Assembly (NCBI GenBank): GCA_964463875.1
Contig: CAYXEG010000001.1
Span: forward strand, 13,714 to 77,713
DNA length: 64,000 nucleotides
Direction of reading: 5' to 3'
From: an uncultured Dehalococcoidales bacterium
GTDB taxonomy: Bacteria > Chloroflexota > Dehalococcoidia > Dehalococcoidales > UBA2162
A program made the translations under genes and the position numbers. Of the stretch, positions 41,421 through 50,855 are shown piece by piece (within the stretch, counting starts at the first letter, position 1; each line of letters begins with the position of its first letter). Below the pieces are notes generated by a model. That model saw nothing but the letters and a program-made list of their open reading frames with translations, was not told where the DNA came from and did not search any database.

Positions 41421-42449
41421 ATGGATAAGAATAACACCATCAATCACCGGGTATTTATCGATAGAGTCGATAAGGGCATAGAAGAGACACTCAAACAAGG
41501 CCTGGCATTTATCGACTGGGAAAAGATTGTCAAAAAAAACGCCCGGGTGTTCATCAAACCGAATTTCACTTCTCCCCGGCCCGAAAAAGGGGTCACAACC
41601 AATCCGGATGTTATCAGAAGTCTCCTGGAAATTTTGTCGGAGAGAACGAATTCGATAATCATCGGTGAATCGGATGGAGGAAACCATTCCTTTTCTGCCG
41701 ATGAGGCCTTCGAGGGGCATGATATGTACCGGATATGCAAAGAAACCGGTGCGAAACTGGTAAACCTCTCGACTTTACCGTCACAATCGGTTGAATCTGC
41801 GGTTCTCGGCCGGAGAGTCCGGGTTGAACTTCCTGAACTACTCCTGAATGAAATCGATTGTTTCATCACTGTGCCGGTACTGAAAGTCCATGTCATGACA
41901 ACTATCAGTTTAAGTCTTAAAAATTCCTGGGGCTGCTATCCCGACACCATGCGGGGGATGCATCACCAGAATCTTTCGTATAAACTGGCGCTCATTGCTT
42001 CGAAGTTAAAGCCGAAGATAGTGATAGTGGACGGGATTTACGCGCTTAACAGTCACGGACCGATGTATGGTGAGGCAATCGATACGAATTTGTTGATGGT
42101 AGGGAACAATACGGTCGCCATCGATGTTCTCGGCGCCGCTCTGATGGGTTTTTCACCGGATAAAGTGCAACACATCCGGATTGCGGAGAAAGCCGGGTTA
42201 GGCTGCGCCGATGTGAAGAAAATCGTGATAAACCAGGACTGGAAACCGTACAGGAAGCAGTTCCACATTAAAAAGACATTTGTTGACTCTATATCAAAAA
42301 TACCATTCAACAGCGATGCCCTGGCGAAACTTATTTTTCAGTCGCCGATTACTCCTCTGATATACAAGGTTATCGGTATATTTAGAACCTCTAAAGAAAA
42401 AGAAATAGCCGGTCAACTGGGCAATAAAAAACGACTCGGGCCTTACTAG
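41421..42449 (+). CDS. DUF362-domain protein
   Basis: ARVFIKPNFTSPRPEKGVTTNPDVIRSLLEIL...IIIGESDGG has the DUF362 layout as I remember it. Confidence 0.65.
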   Translation: MDKNNTINHRVFIDRVDKGIEETLKQGLAFIDWEKIVKKNARVFIKPNFTSPRPEKGVTTNPDVIRSLLEILSERTNSIIIGESDGGNHSFSADEAFEGHDMYRICKETGAKLVNLSTLPSQSVESAVLGRRVRVELPELLLNEIDCFITVPVLKVHVMTTISLSLKNSWGCYPDTMRGMHHQNLSYKLALIASKLKPKIVIVDGIYALNSHGPMYGEAIDTNLLMVGNNTVAIDVLGAALMGFSPDKVQHIRIAEKAGLGCADVKKIVINQDWKPYRKQFHIKKTFVDSISKIPFNSDALAKLIFQSPITPLIYKVIGIFRTSKEKEIAGQLGNKKRLGPY

Positions 42450-42451
42450 GT

Positions 42452-43618
42452 ATGAAGATTTTGCAGGCAACTGCCTATTTTTCACCGGTAATGGGAGGGT
42501 CTGCGGAAGTACCGTATCAATTATCATCCGCACTGATAAAAAGAGGCCATCAGGTTAACGTTTATACCAGCGACTATAAACTGGACAACACGTATATAAA
42601 TCTATTACCGGCCGGTACGGTACGTAGTTTTCACACCCTTTTTACCGCTATTAATTTTTACATAACACCGGGATTAATGCGAGCCGGGAAAAAGGAAATC
42701 AGACAATACGATATCGTTCATCTTCACAACTACAGGACTTTTCAAAATATCGTGATTCATCATTACGCTAAAAAACTCGGAATTCCTTATATTGTTCAGC
42801 CTCATGGTTCCGCCGGGACTTTTTTCATGAAAGGATTTTTAAAGAAAGTTTTTGACATAACATGGGGAAAACGAATACTTAATGATGCTTCGATACTTCT
42901 TGCAGTTTCTTCGATGGAAGCGGAACAACTCAGTGAAATGGGTATCGAAAAGAGCAGGATTAACATACTGCCGAATGGCATGGATGTTTCTGCATTCGAA
43001 AACCTGCCCCGGAAAGGTCTTTTCAGGGAAAAGTACTCGTTGAAATCCGACGATCGTATTGTTCTTTTCCTGGGGAGAATTCATAAAATTAAAGGAATTA
43101 GTCTTCTTGTTCAAGCGTTTGCTGAACTCTCTGCTGAACTCGGTAATATCAATCTTGTAATAGCCGGTCCTGACGATGGGGATTTACCGAATATTACCAG
43201 GTTAGTAAAGAAGATGGGAATAATAGATAAAGTAATTTTCACCGGTCCGCTCTATGGCCAGGAAAAATTGAGCGCGTATATCGATGCTGATGTCTTTGTA
43301 CTTCCTTCAATGTATGAAATTTTCTCGGTTACAATTCTCGAGTCACTACTTTGTGGCACGCCGGTGATAATCGTTGACCAATGCGGAATAGCTGGTGATA
43401 TCGATGGTAAAGGAGGAATATCAATTCCCCGTGATAAAGGCTCATTGAAAAAAGCCATGTATCGGATGCTAACTGACCACAATTTAAGAAAATCACTTGG
43501 TGCCCGGGGGAAGAAGCTGGTTCAGCAACGGTTTAATTGGACTGCGATTATCGATAATCTCGAAAAAATCTACAATAATGCATCAACCGATAGGGAAAAA
43601 CTAGTTGATTCATATTAA
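42452..43618 (+). CDS. Glycosyltransferase, GT4 / group 1
   Basis: MKILQATAYFSPVMGGSAEV and the EIFSVTILESLLCGTPVI (E-x7-E) region. Confidence 0.85.
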   Translation: MKILQATAYFSPVMGGSAEVPYQLSSALIKRGHQVNVYTSDYKLDNTYINLLPAGTVRSFHTLFTAINFYITPGLMRAGKKEIRQYDIVHLHNYRTFQNIVIHHYAKKLGIPYIVQPHGSAGTFFMKGFLKKVFDITWGKRILNDASILLAVSSMEAEQLSEMGIEKSRINILPNGMDVSAFENLPRKGLFREKYSLKSDDRIVLFLGRIHKIKGISLLVQAFAELSAELGNINLVIAGPDDGDLPNITRLVKKMGIIDKVIFTGPLYGQEKLSAYIDADVFVLPSMYEIFSVTILESLLCGTPVIIVDQCGIAGDIDGKGGISIPRDKGSLKKAMYRMLTDHNLRKSLGARGKKLVQQRFNWTAIIDNLEKIYNNASTDREKLVDSY

Positions 43619-43666
43619 GATGCAGACTTGTTTCAACGTATTCAACAAGATACTTGGAGCTTTTTC

Positions 43667-44947
43667 ATGACGAAAAAGGTTTTACTGATAGGTTTTCCCA
43701 GCCCTCTGAGGAGAGGAGGTAGCCCGAGATTGCTCGGATTGGCGAAATACCTTCCTTTATTTGGCTGGAAACCGACTATCCTTTCAGGACCTCTTGACAG
43801 GCCGCCTGAAGGAAAAACCCGAATATGTGAAACGAAAATGAAGGACAATCTTGGTATTCTCAGCAGGCTGTTGGGCTCAGGACAACCGGAAGACCTGACA
43901 AGTGAGGTAAAACGAAAGCTTGCCGTAAGGACGACACAATCCTTTGTTGATAAGCTGTTGACATTCGGGGGTGAAATAAGTACCTATCCCGATTTCTATC
44001 GTGGATGGGAGAAATTCGGCTATCAGGAAGGAACCCATCTCCTTGAGAGTGAAGAATTCCAAGCCATGATTAGTTGTCATCCGAAAATCAGTCACATTAT
44101 TGCTAAGAAGCTGAGAGACAAATACAAGATACCCTGGGTGGCGGATTTACCTGACTTATGGTCGCAAAATTACAATTACCGATATAGCCAGTATCGAAGG
44201 GTGATGGATAGAAGGCTTGAAATAAAAACGCTGTCATCAGCAAACGTTATGACCACCGTATCGGAGCCTTTAGCGGAAAAGTTGAGAATGTTACATAAAA
44301 ATAAAAAAATCGAATCGATTCCAAGTGGTTATGATGAAGAGTTGTTCGATTCGTCTTTTGTCCCGATTACCGGCAAATTTTCAATCACTTATACCGGAAT
44401 GATATATACCGGTAAACAGGATCCCGGTAAATTGCTGAGAGCTTTGGCTGAACTGAATAGAGATAATCAAATTGACATAAAAAATTTCGACGTAAGGTTC
44501 TACGGGGAAAAAGTTGGATGGCTGGAGGCGGAGATTGAACAATTCAGACTGGCGGATTGTGTAAAACAGCATGGCATGCTTCTTAAAAATGAAGTAATCA
44601 GGAAGCAGCGGGAATCTCAGGTACTGGCTTTTTTTAACTGGGAAGACCCTGAAGAACCCGGGGTGTATTCAGGTAAAATATTTGAGTACCTTGGCGCAAG
44701 GAGGCCGATACTGTGTACTGGTGGGGACATCGAAGACGTTGTACCAGAGTTGTTACGTGAAACCGGTGCCGGCGAAAGCGCGGTTGAGATATCCGATATT
44801 AAAATATTAATAACAAAGTATTATCATGAGTATAAAAAAACCGGACTAGTTACGTACAGAGGAAATGAATCAGCCGTAAAGAAGTACTCACAGCAGGAAA
44901 TGGCGAGAAGGTTTAATGAGATTCTAAGTAATCTCGGGGCGTGTTAA
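43667..44947 (+). CDS. Putative glycosyltransferase (GT-B fold)
   Basis: MTKKVLLIGFPSPLRRGGSPR... The C-terminal half ...GVYSGKIFEYLGARRPILCTG resembles group-1 GTs. The start is chosen at the second ATG. Confidence 0.55.
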   Translation: MTKKVLLIGFPSPLRRGGSPRLLGLAKYLPLFGWKPTILSGPLDRPPEGKTRICETKMKDNLGILSRLLGSGQPEDLTSEVKRKLAVRTTQSFVDKLLTFGGEISTYPDFYRGWEKFGYQEGTHLLESEEFQAMISCHPKISHIIAKKLRDKYKIPWVADLPDLWSQNYNYRYSQYRRVMDRRLEIKTLSSANVMTTVSEPLAEKLRMLHKNKKIESIPSGYDEELFDSSFVPITGKFSITYTGMIYTGKQDPGKLLRALAELNRDNQIDIKNFDVRFYGEKVGWLEAEIEQFRLADCVKQHGMLLKNEVIRKQRESQVLAFFNWEDPEEPGVYSGKIFEYLGARRPILCTGGDIEDVVPELLRETGAGESAVEISDIKILITKYYHEYKKTGLVTYRGNESAVKKYSQQEMARRFNEILSNLGAC

Positions 44948-45229
44948 CACATAATACGTATTACGACAAATTGGGTGATGCGGAGATAATACGCGAACGA
45001 CACAGCTGGATTATAAGCGATTTTTCAACCCAAAGCTGTTGCAGTGCACCCGTTGTAGTTTTTTACTCCTATTTAACATACTTTACTGGAACCGGATAAT
45101 CAAGGCAACAGTATATCCGGTTAATTCGATACCGACTTCTTTCTGATTCCTGTTCCTTTTCATTTGCCCTCCTTTCCCTCTACAGGCTATAATTACCGCA
45201 TCCCAATGTGAATCGGAGGTTTCTGGCGT

Positions 45230-46660
45230 ATGTCTCGAAATCCAATTGATGAAGTACTTCATGCGAAATCGGTAGCGGTGGTAGGCGCCACCCCCTCGGG
45301 TAACTGGGGCGGAGGCGGTTTCCTCGCCGGGCTGATTGAATACGGTTTTAAAGGCAACATCTACCCGGTCAACCCGAAATATACCGAGGCGATGGGGCTG
45401 AAAGTCTATCCCACGCTGCTCGATGTCCCCGAACCGGTCGAGTACGTCATTTCCTGCGTACCGGCCCGGCTGGCTCCCGGTATTCTCGAACAGGCGATTC
45501 AAAAAGGCGCAAAAACAACCCACCTTTTTACTGCCCGCCTGGCTGAAACCGGCCGTGCCGAGGGAATCGAAACCGAGAACAGAATCCTCAATCTCGCCCG
45601 TAATTCGGGCATGCGCCTCATCGGCCCGAACTGCATGGGTGTCTATGCGCCGGGCTATGGTATCTCGTTCCATGCCGATTTCCCGAAAGAATCCGGTTCG
45701 GTCGGTCTGGTTTCCCAGAGTGGCATGCTGGCCCGGGAAATCGTTAAAAATTCACCCCTGCGGGGCATCTACTTCAGCAAGGTTTTCAGCTATGGGAATG
45801 CAATCGACCTCAACGAATCGGATTTTCTCGCCTACCTTGCCGACGACCCCGAAACCAGCGTTATCCTCTGCTACATCGAAGGGGCGAAAGACGGACCCAG
45901 GTTCTTCAAAACGCTGAAGTATGCGGCTGCCCGCAAACCGGTCGTCATCCTGAAAGGCGGCCGGGGCCAGTCAGGCGCGCGGGCTACTTCTTCGCACACC
46001 GCTTCGCTGGCCGGCAGTTTCAATACCTGGGGCGCCCTGGCTGCCCAGACCGGGGCGGTCATGGCGGACAGCGTTGAAGAACTTATTGACCTGGCGGCAA
46101 CCTTCCGCTTCCTTCCCCCGATACAAGGCAAGCGGGTAGGAGTCGCCGGCGGCGCCGGAGGCTCGAGCGTCCTCGCTGCCGACGGCTGCGAAAGCGCCGG
46201 ACTCGACGTGGTTCCTCTTTCGGACGCCTTCCGGCAGTCATTGAAAGAACAGGGTGTCTCAGTCTGGGACTGGATTGGCAACCCGGCCGACCTGTCTATC
46301 CGGGAAGACGAAAGCCTGTCGGTCGGCCTGATGCTGGAGATGATGGCGAAAGACCCCGATTTCGACCTCCTGATTGCTATCATGGGCATGCCGGGCGGTC
46401 CTCCGCCCGCGCCCGGACTCTCACCCGAGGAAATATTCCGGCAGCAGTATCGGCTTGACATAACCAGAACCAAACCGTTTCTGGCGGTAGTACCGGATAA
46501 GAGTATCGGGGCTGGTGACGACAGCGATTTCGAATGGAAAATGCTCTGCCAGACACGGACAATCCTGATAAAGCTCGGCATTCCGTTTTACCCGACGGCT
46601 GACCGGGCTGCCCGTGCCGCTGCTAAAGCCAGCGATTACTACCGGTATTTTCATCCATAA
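45230..46660 (+). CDS. ADP-forming acyl-CoA synthetase alpha-type protein (CoA-binding + SCS-like domains)
   Basis: AKSVAVVGATPSGNWGG..., IYPVNPKY..., GPNCMGV..., TSSHTASLAG (phospho-His loop). Confidence 0.7.
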   Translation: MSRNPIDEVLHAKSVAVVGATPSGNWGGGGFLAGLIEYGFKGNIYPVNPKYTEAMGLKVYPTLLDVPEPVEYVISCVPARLAPGILEQAIQKGAKTTHLFTARLAETGRAEGIETENRILNLARNSGMRLIGPNCMGVYAPGYGISFHADFPKESGSVGLVSQSGMLAREIVKNSPLRGIYFSKVFSYGNAIDLNESDFLAYLADDPETSVILCYIEGAKDGPRFFKTLKYAAARKPVVILKGGRGQSGARATSSHTASLAGSFNTWGALAAQTGAVMADSVEELIDLAATFRFLPPIQGKRVGVAGGAGGSSVLAADGCESAGLDVVPLSDAFRQSLKEQGVSVWDWIGNPADLSIREDESLSVGLMLEMMAKDPDFDLLIAIMGMPGGPPPAPGLSPEEIFRQQYRLDITRTKPFLAVVPDKSIGAGDDSDFEWKMLCQTRTILIKLGIPFYPTADRAARAAAKASDYYRYFHP

Positions 46661-46683
46661 CGAAAGCACACCTGGTACTTATC

Positions 46684-46712
46684 AGCGGGTCGGGTTGAAA
46701 TACCGGCCCGCT
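46684..46712 (+). terminator. Terminator-like hairpin
   Basis: AGCGGGTCGG, 9-nt loop, CCGGCCCGCT (one G-U pair), then TTTCC. Confidence 0.5.
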
Positions 46713-46744
46713 TTCCATGATACTATGACCGGGAGGCTGGAACA

Positions 46745-47794
46745 ATGAAGATTATCGATTTACGCAGCGACACCGTAACCCATCCGACACCGGAGATGCG
46801 GCGGGCGATGTTCGAGGCTGAAGTCGGGGACGATGTCTACGGCGAGGACCCGACCGTCAACCGCCTCGAAACAATGGCCGCCGAACGAACCGGACAGGAA
46901 GCGGCGCTGTTTACCACCTCCGGAACCCAGAGCAACCTCATTGCCATCCTGACCCTGACCAGGCATGGTGATGAAATCCTGATGGGCAGTGAAGCCCACA
47001 TTTTCTGGTATGAAGTCGGAGGCGCGGCAGCCCTCGGCGGCGTTCTTGTCCGAAGGCTCCTGAACGATGAGAACGGACGACTCGATACCAATGAAATCGA
47101 ACAGGCAATCCGGCCGAAGAATATCCATAATCCGGAAACGACGCTTGTCTGTCTCGAAAACACCCATAATCGCTGCGGGGGAGCGGTTCTGACCACCGAA
47201 TATACGAACGAGGTTTGTAATCTTGCCCACACTCACGGGCTGAAAGTTCACCTTGACGGCGCCCGCATTTTTAACGCCTCCGTATCCCTCGGCATACCGG
47301 TTCATACCCTGACGGAAAACGTCGATTCGGTGTCATTCTGCCTCTCGAAAGGGCTGAGCGCGCCGGTCGGCTCGCTGTTATGCGGCAGCGCCGCATACAT
47401 CAAGAAAGCCCGCAAGTTCCGGAAAATGCTGGGCGGCGGCATGCGGCAGGCAGGTATCATTGCCGCAGCCGGTATCACCGCCCTTGAAACGATGGTAGAG
47501 CGCCTCGGAGAGGACCACGCGAATGCCAGGCGGTTCGCCAACGGGCTGGCCGGAATCAGCGGTCTTAAGCTGGCTCAGCAAGAAACACCCTCGAACATCG
47601 TCCTGTTCGACCTTGCCCCGGAGCTATCGGCTGACGGGTTCATTGGAAGTTTAAAAGAAAAAGGCGTCCTGGTTGGTTCGCGGGGCGGTAACCTGTTCCG
47701 GGCGGTGACGAACCGGATGGTATCGGCATCAGACATCGATGAAGCCCTGACGGCTCTCGAATCGGTCTGCCGGACGCTTCTGCGGAAAGCCTGA
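46745..47794 (+). CDS. ltaE: Low-specificity L-threonine aldolase (PLP, beta-eliminating lyase family)
   Basis: [19 protein letters not shown]...[16 protein letters not shown]...TSGTQSNL. Confidence 0.8.
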   Translation: MKIIDLRSDTVTHPTPEMRRAMFEAEVGDDVYGEDPTVNRLETMAAERTGQEAALFTTSGTQSNLIAILTLTRHGDEILMGSEAHIFWYEVGGAAALGGVLVRRLLNDENGRLDTNEIEQAIRPKNIHNPETTLVCLENTHNRCGGAVLTTEYTNEVCNLAHTHGLKVHLDGARIFNASVSLGIPVHTLTENVDSVSFCLSKGLSAPVGSLLCGSAAYIKKARKFRKMLGGGMRQAGIIAAAGITALETMVERLGEDHANARRFANGLAGISGLKLAQQETPSNIVLFDLAPELSADGFIGSLKEKGVLVGSRGGNLFRAVTNRMVSASDIDEALTALESVCRTLLRKA

Positions 47795-47812
47795 GCGCCA
47801 CTGTCGATTTAA

Positions 47813-47842
47813 TTGACATTCCTCTTTTTACGGTGCTATATT
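47813..47842 (+). promoter_or_regulatory. sigma70-type promoter upstream of SDR gene (about 150-nt leader)
   Basis: TTGACA (47813-47818), 18-nt spacer, TATATT (47837-47842). Confidence 0.45.
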
Positions 47843-47991
47843 GTCTGAAATCAGGGAAGAAATCCGGTTGAATTTTTCCGCTTTTCTTCTTTAATGCTTG
47901 AACGGTAATTTGCAGAGTAATCGAAGCAGGCTGCAGGTAGTAAAATAATTCATTACCAACCTGAATATATAAAAATGAAAAGGAGTAGAGA

Positions 47992-48813
47992 ATGATAGTC
48001 GACAACAAGATTTTCGACCTTACCGGCAAGGTAGCCCTGGTGACCGGAGGAAGCCGCGGCCTCGGCCGGGCAATGGCTCAGGGAATGGCCGCATTCGGCG
48101 CCAAAACCGTCATCGCTGCCCGCGCTCAGGACAAAATTGATGAAACCCTGAAAATCCTGGAACAGTACAAAGTCGATACCCTCGGCGTTTCAGCCGACAT
48201 GACCAAAGAAGCTGATATCAAGCGCATGGTCGATGAGACCGTCAAGAAGTTCGGCCGCATCGATATCCTCATCAACAACGCCGGTATTGCCCGGAGACTG
48301 AAGCCGATACACGAAGAGAATACCGAAGATTTCGATATCGTCATCAACACCAACCTGAGAGGCCCCTTCCTGGTCCTCAAGTATGTCCTCCCCGTCATGA
48401 TTAAGCAGAACAAAGGCTCGATTATCCAGACCTCATCGACCGCCGGTATCCGGGCGGAACTTCCGGAAATCGCTCCGATTGCCTACTGCACCGCCAAAGC
48501 CGGCATCATCATGATGACCCAGGTCGCGGCTCTCGAATACGCCAAGTACAATATCCGGGTCAACTGCATCGCCCCCGGCATGCACCATTCCGAGCTCGGC
48601 CATGATAACCCGATGCCGAGAGTTGAACCCAATCCTGAAATGATGGCTGCCATGCAGGCAAGCATGCAGAGAACCCAGGATGACATTCCGCTGGGTCGAT
48701 GGGGAGACGCCGAAGAACTGGCAGGTATCGCTGTTCTCCTCGCTTCGGATGCCTCCAGCTACATCACCGGCCAGATTATCGCCCAGGACGGCGGACGTTC
48801 CTGCAAGCACTAA
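47992..48813 (+). CDS. Short-chain dehydrogenase/reductase
   Basis: VTGGSRGLGRA, NNAG, YCTAK (YxxxK). Confidence 0.9.
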   Translation: MIVDNKIFDLTGKVALVTGGSRGLGRAMAQGMAAFGAKTVIAARAQDKIDETLKILEQYKVDTLGVSADMTKEADIKRMVDETVKKFGRIDILINNAGIARRLKPIHEENTEDFDIVINTNLRGPFLVLKYVLPVMIKQNKGSIIQTSSTAGIRAELPEIAPIAYCTAKAGIIMMTQVAALEYAKYNIRVNCIAPGMHHSELGHDNPMPRVEPNPEMMAAMQASMQRTQDDIPLGRWGDAEELAGIAVLLASDASSYITGQIIAQDGGRSCKH

Positions 48814-48837
48814 TCGCACTTCATAACGTATCTGAAA

Positions 48838-48866
48838 ATGGCCTCCCGCGATGGAGGCCATTTTTT
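48838..48866 (+). terminator. Canonical rho-independent terminator
   Basis: ATGGCCTCC, CGCGAT loop, GGAGGCCAT, followed by T6. Confidence 0.85.
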
Positions 48867-49069
48867 ATGCCCGGATTTTTCAGAATTTATGGAAATTCTG
48901 GTAATCATATTTGCTTTTCGATTCGAATATGACATACTGTTGTCAGATGAGGAAGTGTTTACTATGAGATGAGTGACTGTACTTTACTCCGGACAGCCTG
49001 CATGGACTGCTGAAGTAAAACCATCCGACCAGGCTGATAATCAATAGTTAAAGGAAATTATCAGAGAAT

Positions 49070-49846
49070 ATGAAAGTAGATATTGTCAATACGGATATGT
49101 CAAACGTCCGGCAATACGGTCTTTGCGGATATAAGGACATAAAACGCGCCGGGTTCCCGGAAAAAATCGACTGGCTGAAAGATCGCTTAAACGAAGGGCT
49201 TACGATTAAAACTCTCGTTTCCGATGAAGACGGTGCCCAGGGAATGATTGAGTATATCCCGGGTGAGTACTGCTGGCGTCCGGTGGAAGCCGCCGGCTGG
49301 CTGTTTATCCATTGTATATTCGTCGGGTTTAAAAAGAAGTACCAGGGGCAGGGGTATGGGACGCTCCTGTTGCGGGAGTGCATCGCTGACGCGGTAAAAG
49401 GAAACTATAAAGGTGTGGCGGTCGTTACCCGTAAAGGCTCTTTCATGGCAGGGAATAACTTATTCCTGAAAAATGGTTTTGAGGTGGTCGATACTGCTGT
49501 GCCCGATTTCAGTTTGATGATAAAGCGGTTGAACAGCCCGGCAGCTCCTCCCCGGTTCCGGCCGGATATCGGAAAGCAGGCGTCCCGGTACGGTGAAGGG
49601 TTGACCATTATCCGGGCTTTCCAGTGTCCGTACACCGTGAAGAACGTTAATGAAATCGCCGAAGTTGCTGAAAAGACCTATGGTCTCAAGCCGGACATCA
49701 TTACCCTCTCGAGCGCTGAAGAAGCCTGGAACAGCCCCTGCGCTTATGGTATATTTTGTATTCTGTATAACGGGAAAATCGTCGCCACGCAACCGATAAG
49801 CCGCGGCAGATTTACCAATATCATGAAAAAAGAAACAGGCCAATAA
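49070..49846 (+). CDS. GNAT N-acetyltransferase with YoaP-like C-terminal domain
   Basis: KKKYQGQGYGTLLL (acetyl-CoA loop). C-terminal LTIIRAFQCPYT...YGIFCILYNGKIV. Confidence 0.7.
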   Translation: MKVDIVNTDMSNVRQYGLCGYKDIKRAGFPEKIDWLKDRLNEGLTIKTLVSDEDGAQGMIEYIPGEYCWRPVEAAGWLFIHCIFVGFKKKYQGQGYGTLLLRECIADAVKGNYKGVAVVTRKGSFMAGNNLFLKNGFEVVDTAVPDFSLMIKRLNSPAAPPRFRPDIGKQASRYGEGLTIIRAFQCPYTVKNVNEIAEVAEKTYGLKPDIITLSSAEEAWNSPCAYGIFCILYNGKIVATQPISRGRFTNIMKKETGQ

Positions 49847-49885
49847 ATCGTGAATTGATAAGTATCCGTTTATAAGGAGTGAACG

Positions 49886-50713
49886 ATGATTGAACTGCCT
49901 GAAGCAAATGTCCTTGCGAAACAGAGTAATGAGGTTTTACAGGGCAGGAAAGTAAAGAATGTCGTTGCCGGTTTCTCTCCTCACAAGTTCTCCTGGTTTT
50001 TCGGCGAAACCTCGGACTATGAGAAAAGGCTGAAGGGAAAGACCGTTGGCAACGCCGAAGCGCATGGCGGCCTGCTTGAAATCAAAGTTGAAGATATGAT
50101 GCTCCTCTTCGGGGACGGTGTTACCCTGAAATTCAGCCAGGCTGACGAAACCCGGCCGCAAAAGCACCAGTTACTGGTGGAATTCGAAGATTCCACCACT
50201 TTAAGCGGCTCCGTCCAGATGTATGGAGGCCTGTGGTGTTTCCCGGAAGGTGAGTACGATAACCCCTATTACCTGATGGCGAAGGAAAAGACATCACCGC
50301 TATCCCCTGACTTCACGGAAACGTTTTTCCAGGGCATGGCCGATTTACCGGAACACCGGAAACTGAGCGCCAAGGCCTTCCTCGCCACCGAACAGCGGAT
50401 TCCCGGCCTGGGAAACGGTGTTCTGCAGGATATCCTCTACAACGCCGGCATCCATCCGAAACGAAAAATGGAGACCTGTACTGAAGATGAGATTGACCTG
50501 CTGTTCGATTCGGTGAAATCGACGCTTCAGGAGATGACCGGACAGGGAGGCAGGGACACCGAAAAAGACCTGTTCGGAAAATCGGGCGGATATAGAACGA
50601 AACTGAGTAAGAATACCCTCGGTAAACCCTGCCCGAAATGCGGCGGGAAGATAGTCAAACAAGCCTACATGGGCGGCAGCATTTATTTCTGCGAGGGATG
50701 CCAGCTGCTGTAA
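49886..50713 (+). CDS. Fpg/Nei-family DNA glycosylase-like protein with Ile in place of the catalytic Pro2
   Basis: MIELPEA compares with the canonical MPELPEV. C-terminal C4 zinc finger CPKCGGK...FCEGCQ. Confidence 0.7.
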   Translation: MIELPEANVLAKQSNEVLQGRKVKNVVAGFSPHKFSWFFGETSDYEKRLKGKTVGNAEAHGGLLEIKVEDMMLLFGDGVTLKFSQADETRPQKHQLLVEFEDSTTLSGSVQMYGGLWCFPEGEYDNPYYLMAKEKTSPLSPDFTETFFQGMADLPEHRKLSAKAFLATEQRIPGLGNGVLQDILYNAGIHPKRKMETCTEDEIDLLFDSVKSTLQEMTGQGGRDTEKDLFGKSGGYRTKLSKNTLGKPCPKCGGKIVKQAYMGGSIYFCEGCQLL

Positions 50714-50855
50714 CGAACTACCGGTAACCGGCTGATAGCAAGAAAATATTGAATCCGGAGGGAGCAAAAAAAGAGCCGAAAGATTGTTTGTGCCTTGTTT
50801 CGTTATTGTATGATTACTATGGGAATACCGTATTTACCACTGGAATAACGAACAA

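Noticed and set aside
48881-48900. Second hairpin CAGAATTT-ATGG-AAATTCTG after the 48838 terminator, and other short inverted repeats in the 48.8-49.07 kb and 44.95-45.23 kb spacers.
   Set aside because: These are AT-rich 7-9-bp stems with no associated gene end or recognisable motif. They are likely incidental.
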